A stretch of DNA of 64,000 bases. It comes from Phoronis australis. Taxonomy: Eukaryota > Animalia > Phoronida. Below the pieces are notes generated by a model. The model had not been told where the DNA came from. It saw only the letters and a list, made by a program, of their open reading frames with translations, and ran no database searches. The translations under genes and the position numbers were made by a program. This document shows positions 62,053-64,000 of this stretch, piece by piece. Every line of letters begins with the position of its first letter. Within the stretch, counting starts at the first letter, position 1. The stretch lies in the NCBI GenBank assembly GCA_002633005.1, contig NMRA01000081.1, positions 819,501 through 883,500 of the forward strand. Reading direction: 5' to 3'.

Positions 62053-64000
62053 GTAAGAGTTTGCGTAAGACTTTACTCTGTTATGGGTTTGTATTTTCCT
62101 TTCAAACTACCAGAACTCATTATGTCAGCCTTTAGACTATATTTTGTGACAGCAAGTCGTTCTACATTCTTGAAAAGCCATTTCTTCAAAACAATGGTTA
62201 GTAACTATATTATTTGAAAATCAACTTTTAGAATTTTTCATGTGCCACCCGGGAGGTCTCTTATGATCAGCTTTCACTCTGTTACATCTGACTTTGTGGA
62301 TACCACCATTACAAAAATTATGTTTGCCCTTGTTGTAAAGTAACTATTTGCACTATGTTGAATTGTTGATCAAAATCCATTAGAAAACAAAGCAGTGCAA
62401 TAGATTGTTTCTACGGCTACAAAAATTGTTGGAGGCGTAACACTTTGATTAAATATTGACTCAAGTTCAATTGTCACTAGTACGCTAATGCATTGGACCA
62501 ACCCTCGTGTATTGTCTGCTACCTAGATGTTTAAATACATGTGTTGACAAGTGGTTTTTGATCCAAATTTCAATCATGGAAAGGATAGCATTTACATGAT
62601 TTCATGATTTGTGGAATATTAAAAGCTTAGATTTTTACATTTATTCGTGATTTCGTGATTTGCGGGATATTGCAAGCTTAAATTTATACATTTAAAATGT
62701 AAAACACCGGTTTTTGGTTATTGCTTTTGTCAAAAAGAATAATTTGTAGTAATTGATTCACCTAATAATTCATAAGCTTCAAAACTGGTCTCAATTTGTT
62801 CCTTCATTTTTCATGGTTACTTCCAGATATAATGCCTCATGGATTTCACCTTTCTGGGATTGTTTTCATAATTACAATATTAAAATGAACACCATAATGT
62901 TCGCTTGCCGAGACCCATGCCCCAAATTATATCCAAAATAAGTTATGTTTGTCAGCTTAGTTTGTCACATTTCTGGACTCATATCAGTCTGGCTGTAGTA
63001 GATGCTTAGGGAACAGACTGGTTCCATGATCGAACACTAGGTGGTGTTACTGCATAATTTGATGGATGCGTGAGCCTTAAGCACCTTTATCTGTTGCCTC
63101 AGTGAAATTCACTTTGAAAATTTTGTAGCATATAACTAGTATTTTGTATTCATTTCTTTGCAACTATTGGCAATTGTTATGATCATATTACTGGCAATCG
63201 TTCGAGGCCTATATAGTACATGCTTGCCAACTGTCCCATGTTTTGAAGCTTTTTCCTGCCTCCTGCCATAATATTCCACTTAAAGGCACAACTTAAAAAT
63301 GTCGGGCATTGCGGCGTACATTTACTCCTTGTGGTGTGGCATATGGCAAGATGTCCCGTGTCCTGCTTTTCGTGTTTGTGTGTTGACAACGTGTGGCATG
63401 TGGCCGGTTATCCCCTGTCCCGCTTTTTAATTTTTGTATGTTGTCAACTATACTATATACCATAAAAAGCTGTTACATTTTTTTGAACTTTCAAATTTAA
63501 TAAACATTGCCGATTACCTTGTCAATTGTTGGAATTCACGGTCAAATTCCAAAATTGAGAGATGGCTAATGTTTCAGTAGCAACATCAATCTGTTAAATT
63601 ATTTTCTTTAAAACCACAATCATGGATAAGGATGCTGTAATGATCAAGTGTAGTTTTAAATTTTTGAGATGCTATCTGAACACAAAAACAATTTTAAATT
63701 TTTTGTGAGAACTTGCCACTAAGTGTATACTAGAAGCAACTATGAACCTGTGATGTCATAAAAGAAATAAACTTTTGATTCTGACCAGTTACCATTATGA
63801 AAGTGGCCTCAACTTTTTTACTTAGATGAAAATGGGTACTAACAATGACCCACCTTGACGAGCCAACATGTTGAGCCTGGTTTCAGTTCCAGTAGTATTG
63901 AATTTGCCAGTCTTTTCCTGCAAACTGTAGATTAAGTAAGACAAATTCCACTAGTGTTTTAACACTTATAGGTGATCTAAAGTTAGATTACTGATGGTAG

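Overview
Eukaryotic, AT-rich, intron-rich animal DNA, probably a lophotrochozoan such as a mollusc (inferred from gene and repeat types). Four spliced genes can be reconstructed by hand. (1) The 5' half of PPIE/cyclophilin E (- strand, runs off the left edge). (2) A complete 26-exon SMC6 (+, 8572-41909, about 1098 aa), head-to-head with PPIE. (3) An HMBOX1-like HNF-class homeobox gene (-, 46069-53465, about 405 aa). (4) The 5' part of an uncharacterised TIR-SAM-TIR gene (+, from 59544). Highlights: SMC6 has two tandem 159-nt paralogous exons (36645-36803 and 37491-37649; 15/53 identical residues, both intact) that look like an old mutually exclusive pair encoding the SMC6 neck. The 11.2-kb SMC6 intron is largely a ~9.9-kb Helentron/HINE-like element with recognisable ends. 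It encloses an intact intronless Toll-like receptor (- strand), a PIN/XPG-like nuclease relic and a USP fragment, and its ~148-bp core repeats each carry a CTCF-like motif. Several tandem repeats duplicate splice sites. Exon coordinates were read by eye and checked for phase; no database searches were run.
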